59,659 nt of DNA, taken from assembly GCA_017452475.1 (NCBI GenBank), contig JAFTMJ010000044.1, positions 1 through 59,659 of the forward strand, written 5' to 3'. Source of the stretch: Clostridia bacterium. Lineage in GTDB: Bacteria > Bacillota > Clostridia > Oscillospirales > CAG-272. Below the pieces are notes generated by a model. It saw only the letters and a program-made list of their open reading frames with translations, made no database searches and was not told the origin of the DNA. Position 1 is the stretch's first letter, and each line of letters opens with the position of its first letter. Shown here one piece after another: positions 9,497-18,972 of the stretch. A program made the position numbers and the translations under genes.

Positions 9497-9529
9497 AATA
9501 ATGGCTGACAAGGGTCAGCCATTATTTTT
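9495..9529. terminator. Bidirectional terminator between lysA and the YihY-family gene
   Basis: AAAATAATGGCTGAC-aagg-GTCAGCCATTATTTT. Confidence 0.75.
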
Positions 9530-10282
9530 GTTTATTTCGGCTCCTACTAAAATTATGTTTACGCAAAAGTAAACCCAAAGCATAAAGAAAATTACGGTGC
9601 CCATCTCCGCATAGATGCTGACCGAATTTATGGCGTAGGTGACATATATGGAATAAAAGAAGGTAAAAGCCATCCAACCGACGGAGGCAAGGGTGCCGCC
9701 CAAAAGCTGACCCTTAAAGGGCTTTTTTGAAAGATGTGAGAATAAAAGGGAGAATAAAAGGGAGAGGACAAGGGCAAAAATAGGGATGCGCAGCCTAAAA
9801 ATAATGCTTAAAAGCCCTGTGTGAAGGTGGATTAGCCTGCCCAAGGCAAAGACGGTAAGGGTGGCGAATATAATTATATAAAAAAGGAAGGCTCGCCATA
9901 GGCTTTTTAATATCCGCACCCAAAGGCGGGAGCTTTCCTTCACACCGTAAATTTCCTCAATGCCTAAGCACAGGCTGTTTACGCCCTTGGTTGAGCCCCA
10001 AAGGGCGGTTATGAGCGAAAAGGGCACCAGTGCTTTTATATCCCTTGATTTAAGGCTGATAAGCACGCCTTGCAGATCCTTGTATATTTCCTTGGGCAGA
10101 AGACCCGAGGTTAAGCTCTCCAGCTCCACAATGAGCCTTGGGGAAATGCAGGAAAGGAAAAAAATCAAAATAGCGGCAAGGGGCAGGGCAGACACGATAA
10201 TATAAAAGGCGGCTCCTGCGGAGTTAACACGGATGTTGTCCCTTGTGTATCCGCGGGCGATTTTTAAAATAAAGCTTTTCAT
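9515..10282 (-). CDS. YihY/BrkB family membrane protein
   Basis: AAFY..SALP start, multiple TM segments, C-terminal IY..G..IFFMLWVY...ILVGAEIN. Confidence 0.82.
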   Translation of the reverse strand: MKSFILKIARGYTRDNIRVNSAGAAFYIIVSALPLAAILIFFLSCISPRLIVELESLTSGLLPKEIYKDLQGVLISLKSRDIKALVPFSLITALWGSTKGVNSLCLGIEEIYGVKESSRLWVRILKSLWRAFLFYIIIFATLTVFALGRLIHLHTGLLSIIFRLRIPIFALVLSLLFSLLFSHLSKKPFKGQLLGGTLASVGWMAFTFFYSIYVTYAINSVSIYAEMGTVIFFMLWVYFCVNIILVGAEINKNNG

Positions 10283-10387
10283 ATAAATATTTTTGATATT
10301 TTTCGATAAAAAATTCTGTTATTTATTTACTTTATTGAAAAAGTGTGCTAATATATATAAGGAATAAAAATAAAAGGAGATACATAA

Positions 10388-10963
10388 ATGAATAACAAGG
10401 TTTTAGTTGAAACAAGCGCGCGTCACGTTCATCTTTCAAGAGCTGATTTGGACGTTCTTTTCGGTAAGGGCTATGAGCTTACTGTTAAGAAGGATCTTTC
10501 TCAGCCCGGTCAGTATGCTTGTGAGGAGAGGGTTACTGTTGTTGGCCCTAAGAAGGCTATTGAAAGGGTTGGTATTCTTGGCCCTGTAAGACCTGCTTCC
10601 CAGGTTGAGGTTTCCTTCACAGATGCAAGAACACTTGGAATTGCTGCTCCCGTTCGCGAGAGTGGTGACATTGCGGGTACTCCCGGCTGTAAGCTTGTTG
10701 GTCCTTGCGGTGAGGTTGAAATTGCAAACGGTGTTATCGTTGCTAAGAGACACATCCACTTTACTCCTGCTGAGGCTGAGGCTGCAGGCGTTAGCGACAA
10801 GGAAATCGTTCAGGTTAAGGTTGAGTCCGACGGCAGAACAACAATTTTCGGCGATGTTGTGGTTAGAGTTCATCCTAACTTCAGCGCGGCTATGCATATC
10901 GACACAGACGAGTCCAATGCTTCCGCAGCATTCGGCACCGTTTACGGCGAAATTATTAAGTAA
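10388..10963 (+). CDS. pduL: PduL-type phosphate acyltransferase (phosphotransacylase)
   Basis: SARHVHLS, LSQPGQY, RESGD, AKRHIH, MHIDTDE. Confidence 0.92.
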   Translation: MNNKVLVETSARHVHLSRADLDVLFGKGYELTVKKDLSQPGQYACEERVTVVGPKKAIERVGILGPVRPASQVEVSFTDARTLGIAAPVRESGDIAGTPGCKLVGPCGEVEIANGVIVAKRHIHFTPAEAEAAGVSDKEIVQVKVESDGRTTIFGDVVVRVHPNFSAAMHIDTDESNASAAFGTVYGEIIK

Positions 10964-10978
10964 TTTTACAAAAAACAG

Positions 10979-11011
10979 GCAGGCACGGGTCAACGCCCGT
11001 GCCTGCATTTC
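10979..11011 (+). terminator. Intrinsic terminator after pduL
   Basis: GCAGGCACGGG/CCCGTGCCTGC stem followed by T-rich sequence. Confidence 0.65.
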
Positions 11012-11019
11012 TGTTTTTA

Positions 11020-11048
11020 TTGACAAATCAACCCGAGTGTGGTACAAT
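11020..11048 (+). promoter_or_regulatory. Sigma-A promoter
   Basis: TTGACA-17 nt-TACAAT with extended TG. Confidence 0.7.
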
Positions 11049-11088
11049 GGTGATGTATGAACAAAAGATTAACACATTGGAGAGAATA

Positions 11089-11730
11089 ATGGTTACATAT
11101 AATAAAGGTTGCAAAATAGATTTACAGGCGCAGGAGCTTAACTATATTCTGACCTGCCCCGATGATGTGAAGGCAGGGGAAAAGCTGCCCTTGATTGTGT
11201 TTTTACACGGCGCGGGGGAGCGCGGCGATGATATAAGAAAGGTGCAGATTTACTGCGTGCCTAAGCTTTTCGTTAACGACCAAAATTATCACGGCTTGCG
11301 TGCCTACACATTGTCCCCACAGTGCCCTTATGACTCCACTTGGATTGACTACAAGCGGGAGCTTATGGCGCTTATTGACAGTGTGATTAATGAAAACAGC
11401 ATTGACCCCGACAAGGTTTCTCTTTGCGGCATAAGCATGGGCGGCTTTGGTACCTGGGAAATGGCAATGACCTATTCAAGCCGTTTTTACAAGATTGCCC
11501 CACTTTGCGGCGGTGGAATGAACTGGCGCGCTTGGAGCTTGAAAATGCCAATCCGTGTTTTCCACGGTAGGCGTGACGATGTCGTGCCGCTTTGCCAAAG
11601 CGAGGCAATGGTTAACTCTGTAAAGCAACAGGGCGGAAGAGTGGAATTTACAATTTATGATGATTTGTCACATAACTGCTGGGATAGAGCCTTTGAGGAA
11701 ACAGACCTTATAGAGTGGTTGGTGGATTGA
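11089..11730 (+). CDS. Alpha/beta hydrolase (carboxylesterase/phospholipase-like)
   Basis: FLHGAGERG, GISMGG nucleophile elbow, FHG..DDVV, HNCW; start reset to ATG 11089 behind GGAGA and downstream of the promoter. Confidence 0.85.
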   Translation: MVTYNKGCKIDLQAQELNYILTCPDDVKAGEKLPLIVFLHGAGERGDDIRKVQIYCVPKLFVNDQNYHGLRAYTLSPQCPYDSTWIDYKRELMALIDSVINENSIDPDKVSLCGISMGGFGTWEMAMTYSSRFYKIAPLCGGGMNWRAWSLKMPIRVFHGRRDDVVPLCQSEAMVNSVKQQGGRVEFTIYDDLSHNCWDRAFEETDLIEWLVD

Positions 11731-11737
11731 GGTAATT

Positions 11738-12634
11738 ATGGAAAAAACAAGCGCGCCCAAAATCAGAAAGATTATGCACGTTCTTAATCCAAGGGCGGGC
11801 AAGGGCAATGTCAAAAAAATAAAGCAGAGCATAAAGAGCGATGAGTTTGTATATATGTCAAGCTCACCCGATGAGGCGACGGAGTTTATTGTTAATTCCT
11901 GTAAGCAGGACCCTGATACTTGCTTTACAATTTACGGTGGTGACGGCTCCGTTTTCAAGGCGGTAAATGCCCTGATGCAGAGTGGGCATAATGAAACCGC
12001 ATCAATGAAGATTGTGCCTGTGGGCAGCGGCAACGACTTTGTTAAGTCCTTTGAGGCTGAAAGCGGTGAATACAGGGTTGACGCAATGCGCTTTAACGAC
12101 AAGTACGCGGTAAATGTTATTAATATGGGCTTTGACTGCGGCGTTGTTGAAAGGGCGGCTAAGATAAAAAATAACCCGCTTGTGTCGGGCAAAATGTCAT
12201 ATATCTTTGGCGTTGTTGGCGAGCTTGTGAAGAAAAAGCCCCTTCACCTTAAGATTACCGTAACCTATCAGAGCGGTGAAACAGAGGAGTTTGAGGGAGA
12301 GTTCTTGCTTTGCGCGGTTGCCAACGGAAAATGGTATGGCGGCGGCTTTAAGGTTGCACCCCTTGCCGATGCTTGTGACGGTATACTTGACTTCGTTCTT
12401 GTTAAGAATGTTACACGCAGAAAATTTGTCAGCATTGTGGGCGACTTTAAAAAGGGCTTGCTTGTTGATGAAAACGGTGAGGTTGAAGAAAAGGTAAAGG
12501 ATATCTTCATTTATAAAAAGTGCGTTGGCGTAAAAATAGAGGGCTGTGAGGCGGTTTGCGCCGACGGCGAAATCTTTAACGAAAACACAGTTGATATTTC
12601 CGTAATTCCCGGAGCTATAAATTACATTAAATAA
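11738..12634 (+). CDS. Diacylglycerol/lipid kinase family protein (YegS/BmrU-like)
   Basis: NPRAG, GGDGS, GSGNDF, NGKWYGGG, DGILD. Confidence 0.88.
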   Translation: MEKTSAPKIRKIMHVLNPRAGKGNVKKIKQSIKSDEFVYMSSSPDEATEFIVNSCKQDPDTCFTIYGGDGSVFKAVNALMQSGHNETASMKIVPVGSGNDFVKSFEAESGEYRVDAMRFNDKYAVNVINMGFDCGVVERAAKIKNNPLVSGKMSYIFGVVGELVKKKPLHLKITVTYQSGETEEFEGEFLLCAVANGKWYGGGFKVAPLADACDGILDFVLVKNVTRRKFVSIVGDFKKGLLVDENGEVEEKVKDIFIYKKCVGVKIEGCEAVCADGEIFNENTVDISVIPGAINYIK

Positions 12635-12638
12635 GAAA

Positions 12639-12692
12639 AAACAAAAACTGCGCTTGGAGTGTTAGAACACGCCAAGCGCAGTTTTTTGTTTT
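12639..12692. terminator. Bidirectional terminator
   Basis: AAAAACTGCGCTTGG...CCAAGCGCAGTTTTT between convergent genes. Confidence 0.8.
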
Positions 12693-13731
12693 AGTGTGAG
12701 TATTTAAGCCATTTAAGATATTTAAATTTCTCAAGGAAGAAAATCAGCACGCTTATGCCAAAGCAGATAGCCACGGTTGAAATGAATTTAACAACGGATG
12801 GCAGAGTAAGCGGGAGCAGCACCTCAAATAAGATGTGAATAATAAACAGCACCGCCCCGTGGGAGGCAAAGGTAACCGTGCTTATTTTTCGCATTTCCTT
12901 TGCGTATTTTAAGCTGATTGGCTTTACATTTAACAAAACATTAAATAAGGAAAGGCAAGCGGGCAAGAGCATTATGTAAAAGTCCTCACGCACAGAGCCC
13001 AAAAGCTTCCAGGCAAGGAGCCATTCGGTGAAAAGAAGGGCAAGTGAAATGCAAAGCGCCACTATGCTTGGCTTTAATTTAACCTTGACGCCTCCGTCAG
13101 CGAAGATTTTGCCGCAGATTATCCAAAACAGCCCTGCAGGGAAGGAGTTGACAGGGGAGTTCATATAGCTTTCATACTTTAAAACGCCCAAAAGCACCTC
13201 TGTCATATCCTTGAACAAAACCATATAGGAGGAGCGAATTGCAATAAGCACATAGAGGACCACACCTACAATAAACAGAACTAAGTTGTTTATTTTGCGG
13301 GAGGCAAAGAAAATAATTACAGTGCCGATAATAAGCGCGGAAATAAACCAGGAGGCAACAAAGGTGCTGCCTATAAACAGGTTTAAGAAAACATTTAAAA
13401 GACCCTCCAAAATTCCGCCTGCAAACCATACTCGCCTTTGTAAAACAATAACAGGAGATAAGGCGATAAGCCAGAACAGGTATAGCTTGGCATTGCGCAA
13501 AACAAAGTCCTTAAGGGCTACGAGCCGTTCATTTGTGGTTTCGCATTTTCTTACCTTAGTAAAGAAAAAGTAAGAGCTTATAAGAAAGAACATTGGCACC
13601 GCCAGCCTTAGCCAAGGGTAAAGGTACGGGTCAAACAGCCCGGAGTGGATGGCAACAACCATAAAGGACAGGATTAGTTTTACCAAATCAAGCAGGTCAT
13701 AGTTCCTTTTTTGAATATTAATTCCGTCCAT
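12691..13731 (-). CDS. Acyltransferase 3 family membrane protein
   Basis: D..K...SFMVVAIH and RLAVPMFFLISSY motifs; ~10 TM segments. Confidence 0.82.
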   Translation of the reverse strand: MDGINIQKRNYDLLDLVKLILSFMVVAIHSGLFDPYLYPWLRLAVPMFFLISSYFFFTKVRKCETTNERLVALKDFVLRNAKLYLFWLIALSPVIVLQRRVWFAGGILEGLLNVFLNLFIGSTFVASWFISALIIGTVIIFFASRKINNLVLFIVGVVLYVLIAIRSSYMVLFKDMTEVLLGVLKYESYMNSPVNSFPAGLFWIICGKIFADGGVKVKLKPSIVALCISLALLFTEWLLAWKLLGSVREDFYIMLLPACLSLFNVLLNVKPISLKYAKEMRKISTVTFASHGAVLFIIHILFEVLLPLTLPSVVKFISTVAICFGISVLIFFLEKFKYLKWLKYSH

Positions 13732-13732
13732 T

Positions 13733-15424
13733 TTATACCTCTATTGTAAAGCTAAACTGATTTTTGGGCTCGTGTACGGAAATGTCAACAAGATATACAT
13801 CCACGCCCCTTTTAAGGCTTCCGTCAGTGTTAAGCTCTATGGCGTGAACATCCTTTGTGTAGCTTGCCGAGGCAATTCCCTTGTCAAATTTAACCACTGC
13901 CTTGCCGTAGTCTATTTCTCCGTCTTTTATAACAGGCTCCACATAGGAAACAAGTCTTTCGGTAAATGTAGCATCGCCCTCGATTTCAAAATTATCGCAA
14001 ACGGTAATCCCTGTGTCGCTAAAAGAGTAGCTGCGAACTAATTTTTTAAGCTCGGGAATATCGTAAGCCACGGAAAAATCAACGGAGAATACACCGTTTT
14101 CAAAGGATGTGGTTGGATATGCCTCGGGTATATTTGCCTGATACTTGCCGTTTATAATAGGCGTGTTGTGTCCCCTCGATGAGGTTTCAAGGAAGGTGTA
14201 TCTAACTCCATCCTCAAAGTACTGTCTTGTGTAAGGTCTGCCACCCATATCAATAAGGAGCTGAGCGTTGTCAATGGAGAGGATAAATGAGCCAACATCG
14301 TTGTGGTTGTGGCTCTCACCGTTACAGCCACCGCGTGCGGCAAAGCCGTACTTTGGTGTTCTCTTAACAAACCAACCGCAGTCACTCATATAATATTCTG
14401 CGCTATTTGAAATATCCTTGGATGCAAAGGAGCTGTTATAGTAGGTGAATGCCTTTAGGCAAGCGGGGAAGTAGTGAACCTCAACCGTCATTCTTGCAGG
14501 CGGTGGCAACTCTACCGCATCAGGATAAAGTGTCTTTAAGCCGTACATAAAGCCTGCGGGTACAACAACATTTGAGCCACAGTCACCGTAGTTAACAACA
14601 ACATCGCGGTCAAGGAAAAGCTTTTGTAAAAATGCAGAGATTGCCTCGATTTTTTCGTCCTTCAAAAGGTCGTATTCGCCCTTTGTAAATGTCTTTTGCA
14701 TTTCTGCATACTCAATAAAGTAGCCAAAGCCGTAGCTCCAGTATCCCGGACCCTCAACGCAAACGCCGTCCTCCTTATATGAAGAAATGTAGCTTCTCAT
14801 ATCCTCATTAATTCTGTCACGGGCAAGCTCGAAAAGCTCTGGGCGGTTGAGCATAATGGTGCATCCGGTAGCGCCTGCGCAAACAGCTGTCCAGTTGTTC
14901 TTGCGGTATTCCCAGTGCCACCGCTTCGCAAAGAATGGCTTAATTATGCGGCGGTCAATTTCATAGTCGATTCTTGACTTGATAAGTGGGTGCAGACGCT
15001 CGCCGAGCATAACCTTTGCCATAGAAAGAACCATTGCCATGGTGGTGGCATCAAGGTCAAGCTCACAGTTGTCGTTTTTCTTAATGTTGTCAATATGTGC
15101 AGGGAGCGCCCAAACATATTGGTCGCAAATTTCCCAAATGGTATCCTGCAAAAGCTCTAAATACTGCTCGTTTTCATGGTAAATCAAGCACATGAAAATC
15201 ATGGTGTACATTCTGTGCTGACGCTTAAAGAAGGTTTCCTGATATGCGTTTCGGTCTCCCTTGTCCTTGAAAAGACGGAACTTTGAAAACTTAGTTGTTT
15301 CAATTTCTCCTATGCAGTAGGTGTTGTAATCCCTCAAAACTGCATCAAGAGCCATTTTATATTCGGGGTTTGTCTTTACCTCAGCCCAAAACTTGGGGTC
15401 GGTTGCTTTTCCTAACAAATTCAT
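13733..15424 (-). CDS. Heparinase II/III-like oligosaccharide lyase family protein
   Basis: NNWTAVC, EGPGYWSYGF, ESHNHNDVGSF, S.GHNTP. Confidence 0.75.
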   Translation of the reverse strand: MNLLGKATDPKFWAEVKTNPEYKMALDAVLRDYNTYCIGEIETTKFSKFRLFKDKGDRNAYQETFFKRQHRMYTMIFMCLIYHENEQYLELLQDTIWEICDQYVWALPAHIDNIKKNDNCELDLDATTMAMVLSMAKVMLGERLHPLIKSRIDYEIDRRIIKPFFAKRWHWEYRKNNWTAVCAGATGCTIMLNRPELFELARDRINEDMRSYISSYKEDGVCVEGPGYWSYGFGYFIEYAEMQKTFTKGEYDLLKDEKIEAISAFLQKLFLDRDVVVNYGDCGSNVVVPAGFMYGLKTLYPDAVELPPPARMTVEVHYFPACLKAFTYYNSSFASKDISNSAEYYMSDCGWFVKRTPKYGFAARGGCNGESHNHNDVGSFILSIDNAQLLIDMGGRPYTRQYFEDGVRYTFLETSSRGHNTPIINGKYQANIPEAYPTTSFENGVFSVDFSVAYDIPELKKLVRSYSFSDTGITVCDNFEIEGDATFTERLVSYVEPVIKDGEIDYGKAVVKFDKGIASASYTKDVHAIELNTDGSLKRGVDVYLVDISVHEPKNQFSFTIEV

Positions 15425-16218
15425 TTTGCACTGTCCTCCAAAATGGTCTTTAGCGAGGCGGTTTCCCTCGGTAATGAGGAAAGCTCACCGTCGGGCATAA
15501 ACTCAAGAAAACAGATACGCCCCTCGCTATTTTCATCATTTAACACCTTAAAGTACTCGTTCCATTGCTCCTTACCCTCAATAAGCGGGAATTTTTCGCC
15601 CTTTTCGTTCCAGTTGAAAACGTGGACGTTTGTAATATATGGGCGAAGCGCCTTTAACGCTTCCAAGTTATACTCAAAGCTCTTTGCGTGGTTTGGCTGC
15701 CAATATAGCTTTAGGTTGTCGCAGCCAACCTCATTTAAGAACCTGAGGGTATCGTGGTAGTCATCAGAAAGGGTTGCAAAGTGACATTCGATTGACAGGG
15801 TCATACCGAACTTTTTTGCTTCATTGCAAAGGTATTTTGCAATAGTTACGTTTTTCTTGAATTGCTTTTCGCAAAGGTAAACGCCCTTGCCAAGCTTACA
15901 GCCACAGCAGGGCCAGCCAAGCCAAACACGGACGGTTTTAGCGCCTAATGCCTTGGCGGTTTTCAAAACCTTCTTAAATGGCATTGGAAAATGCTCGTCA
16001 CAGTGGTAAACCACGCCAAAATAAGAGCCGTAGGTTTCACACTTTAAGCCTGCGCCGTTCATAAGCCTTTTTACCTTGCGCGCCAGCTTAACATTTCCCA
16101 TAGGGATATGGACATCCCCACCCCATTCGATGTATTCAAGTCCGCTTTCCTTGGCAGCCTTAATAAGCTCCTTAACAGATTTTTTTCTAAAGGAAATGGA
16201 CACAAGACCTGTTTTCAT
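15421..16218 (-). CDS. Sugar-phosphate isomerase/epimerase TIM-barrel protein
   Basis: SISFR, EWGGDVH, ECH, YWQP, HVF, LEF. Confidence 0.78.
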   Translation of the reverse strand: MKTGLVSISFRKKSVKELIKAAKESGLEYIEWGGDVHIPMGNVKLARKVKRLMNGAGLKCETYGSYFGVVYHCDEHFPMPFKKVLKTAKALGAKTVRVWLGWPCCGCKLGKGVYLCEKQFKKNVTIAKYLCNEAKKFGMTLSIECHFATLSDDYHDTLRFLNEVGCDNLKLYWQPNHAKSFEYNLEALKALRPYITNVHVFNWNEKGEKFPLIEGKEQWNEYFKVLNDENSEGRICFLEFMPDGELSSLPRETASLKTILEDSAK

Positions 16219-16230
16219 AATTGCGTACCC

Positions 16231-18183
16231 TTAATAAATATTTTTGTTTTCTCTATATTCGCGCCAAACATTCTCAAAGAAGCCGCCGCCCTCGGGAAGG
16301 GGACGGACAGGACGGGTGCTAACCCTTAGGTTGTCCGCGTAGCTAACCTCTAAAACGGTTTGGTCAAAGTCACCGCTGTCAAGCTGGAAACGGAAGATTT
16401 CCTCCATCTTGGCAGGCACATCACCCTCGCTTGAAGAGTAAATTGCGGAGCCACGGGACTTTCCGCCCATCTTAACATATTCCTTCATTGCCATCATATA
16501 GGTTGACTGTGCAATCAGGGCGTCACGGAGCCTGTATGCGCTCCAAAGCTTAGTCGGAGTGTCGATTTTAACTACATTGTTAAAGTCATCAATTGCATCA
16601 ATGCAGTCGCTAATTGCATTTTCCATAAGGGATGCGTTACGGATAGCGCCTGCCGCCTCGCTCATCTTCTTTGTGAATTTTTCCCAAAGAGTGTCAAGAT
16701 TATTTTCGCTTCCTAAAATGCTTCTTGTAAGCCTTAGGTGCTTTTTAACTGCTTTTTCAGCCACTCCCTCCGCCTTTTCGGGGCAGAAGCACTCGTTTTC
16801 GTTATGGGCAGAGATGTACTGCGCCGCGCGCATTGAGCCGACTTGACCTGCGTTTAGCGCGCTTCCGCCGGGACGGTAAATGCCGTGGCTGCCCGCCACC
16901 TCACCGCAAGCGAAAAGATGCTTGACATTTGTCTGCCACCACATATCAACATCAAGTCCGCCGTTGTTATGCTGGGCGCAAAGTGCGATTTCAAGCATTT
17001 CCTTTTCAAGGTCAACGCCCTTGGAAAGGTAAAGGTCATATGCAGGCATATTCATAAACTGTAGCCTTGCAAGAGGTGTGCCGAAGCAGGCGCGGGCGTT
17101 TTCAAGGTACTCCCTTGCCTCACTGTCAAGCTTATCATAGGGAAGCTCATCAAGACCGTAGGGGTTTTTCCTAAAGTCAAGGTAAACACGCCTATTTTTA
17201 AGCACGCACTCTCTAAACACCAATAGGTCGATAATGGAGGAGCCACTCATAACCTTTTTGCAGTCAAAGGGCCACTCATAGCCTTTTCTGAATATTTTGG
17301 AAAGGCAAGTGCCGATGTCATCGAAATAGTCATTTAAAAATTCGTATTCGTTGCCGTCTGTATCAACAGAAACAAAGCGGGGAAGCACCTGCATATAAGT
17401 GCCTGAAACATTCCATCTTGGGGCAACAGAGGCTAAGCCATACTGCCACTCGGTAAGGTTTTTACCAATAACACCTGCCTCAAAGGCAACGCCTGAGGCG
17501 CCGTGGTGACCCAAGGGGAAAACGGTGTCTGCATACATACCTGCAGGGCCGCCTGTGGCAATAACCGTGTTCTTTGCGTAGAAGAGAACAAACCTTTCGT
17601 TTTCATTTTGCGCCACCTTGTTTAAGCAAAGCACGCCAACGCAAACACCATTGTCTTTAATAAATTCGATAATTTGAAGCTTGTCGTATATTTTAATGCT
17701 TCTGCGCTTCGCCTCTTTTTCAAGGCACTCTGTCATCATTTTAGAGGTTAACGGACCAACGCTTGTGGCCCTTGCCCTTGGGTCGTGGTCGGTTTTGTAG
17801 CCCACATATTCACCCAAGCGGTTAACAGGGAACTCCACACCAAGCTCGCATAGCTGTAAAAAGCAGGGAACGGACAGGGCAGCCTCGGCGTAAGCATTGT
17901 CACCGTCGACGCACTTGCCGTTAAAAAAGTCCTGAGCCATAGCCTTTGGTGAGTCGGGATAGTCTGCGCAAAGGTTCATTTTATAGTATGTCTGCTTGTC
18001 TGAGCCTGTGTTACGGGATGTACCCATATTAACACCCTCGGTAACAATGGCAACATCGTTAACGCCGTATTTGTCAAGGCGGATAGCCGCATTATAGCCT
18101 GCCGCGCCTGTACCTATAACAAGGGCGTCAAGCACAACCTTTTTAACATCTATGCCGCAAATTTTTGTATATGCTTCTGTCAT
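16231..18183 (-). CDS. FAD-binding oxidoreductase (SdhA/NadB-like flavoprotein)
   Basis: GTGAAG, IATGG, QHNNGGL, GEVAG.HG..RPGGSALN. Confidence 0.8.
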   Translation of the reverse strand: MTEAYTKICGIDVKKVVLDALVIGTGAAGYNAAIRLDKYGVNDVAIVTEGVNMGTSRNTGSDKQTYYKMNLCADYPDSPKAMAQDFFNGKCVDGDNAYAEAALSVPCFLQLCELGVEFPVNRLGEYVGYKTDHDPRARATSVGPLTSKMMTECLEKEAKRRSIKIYDKLQIIEFIKDNGVCVGVLCLNKVAQNENERFVLFYAKNTVIATGGPAGMYADTVFPLGHHGASGVAFEAGVIGKNLTEWQYGLASVAPRWNVSGTYMQVLPRFVSVDTDGNEYEFLNDYFDDIGTCLSKIFRKGYEWPFDCKKVMSGSSIIDLLVFRECVLKNRRVYLDFRKNPYGLDELPYDKLDSEAREYLENARACFGTPLARLQFMNMPAYDLYLSKGVDLEKEMLEIALCAQHNNGGLDVDMWWQTNVKHLFACGEVAGSHGIYRPGGSALNAGQVGSMRAAQYISAHNENECFCPEKAEGVAEKAVKKHLRLTRSILGSENNLDTLWEKFTKKMSEAAGAIRNASLMENAISDCIDAIDDFNNVVKIDTPTKLWSAYRLRDALIAQSTYMMAMKEYVKMGGKSRGSAIYSSSEGDVPAKMEEIFRFQLDSGDFDQTVLEVSYADNLRVSTRPVRPLPEGGGFFENVWREYRENKNIY

Positions 18184-18210
18184 ATTATTCTCCTAACGAT
18201 TATTGGAAAA

Positions 18211-18972
18211 TTAAAGCCTTTGAATGTGCATACCGCCGTCAACAATTATGGATTGACCTGTGGTATAGCCGAGCATGCCGCTGGAAAGGGTGTAGATTGC
18301 GTTTGCGCAATCCTCGGGCAAGCCCCATCTTCCAAGGGGAACAAGACCGCCTGCAATTAAGTTGTCGTACTTTTCCTTAACCTTTTCGGTCATACCTGTG
18401 GCGATAATACCCGGGCAGATTTCATTAACCGTGATGCCCTCGGAGGCAAGGCGGTCAGCAAAGAGCTTTGTAATCATAGTAGCGCCCGCCTTTGAAATGC
18501 AGTATTCGCCGCGGCTTGTGGAGGAGGTGTAAGCGGAGCAGGAGGAAACATTTACAATGTATCCCTTAATGCCGTTTACCTTTTCCTGCTTAATCATTTC
18601 GTTGGCAACTAGCTGGGTTAGGAAAAGAGTGCCCTTTGTGTTGATGCCCATAACGAAATCGTAGCTTTCCTCGGTCATTTCAAGAATGTCATTTCTAACC
18701 CTTGGGGCAACGCCTGCAACATTAACAAGCACATCAATCCTGCCATAGGTGTCGATGGCGGTTTTAACAAGGTTAGCCCTGTCCTCGCCTGAAGCTAAGT
18801 TACCCTTAACATAAACGCACTCGGCAAAGGACTCAAACCTGTCGGCAACCTTGTCACCGTCAACAATATCCATAGCTACAACTGCGTAGCCCTCTTTATT
18901 AAACTTTTCAGCGGTAGCGTAGCCAATGCCGCCTGCCGCACCTGTAACCAATGCAACCTTTTTCATTATCAA
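18211..18972 (-). CDS. Short-chain dehydrogenase/reductase
   Basis: TGAAGGIG, NVAG, YCISK, PG.I.T, DGG. Confidence 0.9.
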   Translation of the reverse strand: MIMKKVALVTGAAGGIGYATAEKFNKEGYAVVAMDIVDGDKVADRFESFAECVYVKGNLASGEDRANLVKTAIDTYGRIDVLVNVAGVAPRVRNDILEMTEESYDFVMGINTKGTLFLTQLVANEMIKQEKVNGIKGYIVNVSSCSAYTSSTSRGEYCISKAGATMITKLFADRLASEGITVNEICPGIIATGMTEKVKEKYDNLIAGGLVPLGRWGLPEDCANAIYTLSSGMLGYTTGQSIIVDGGMHIQRL

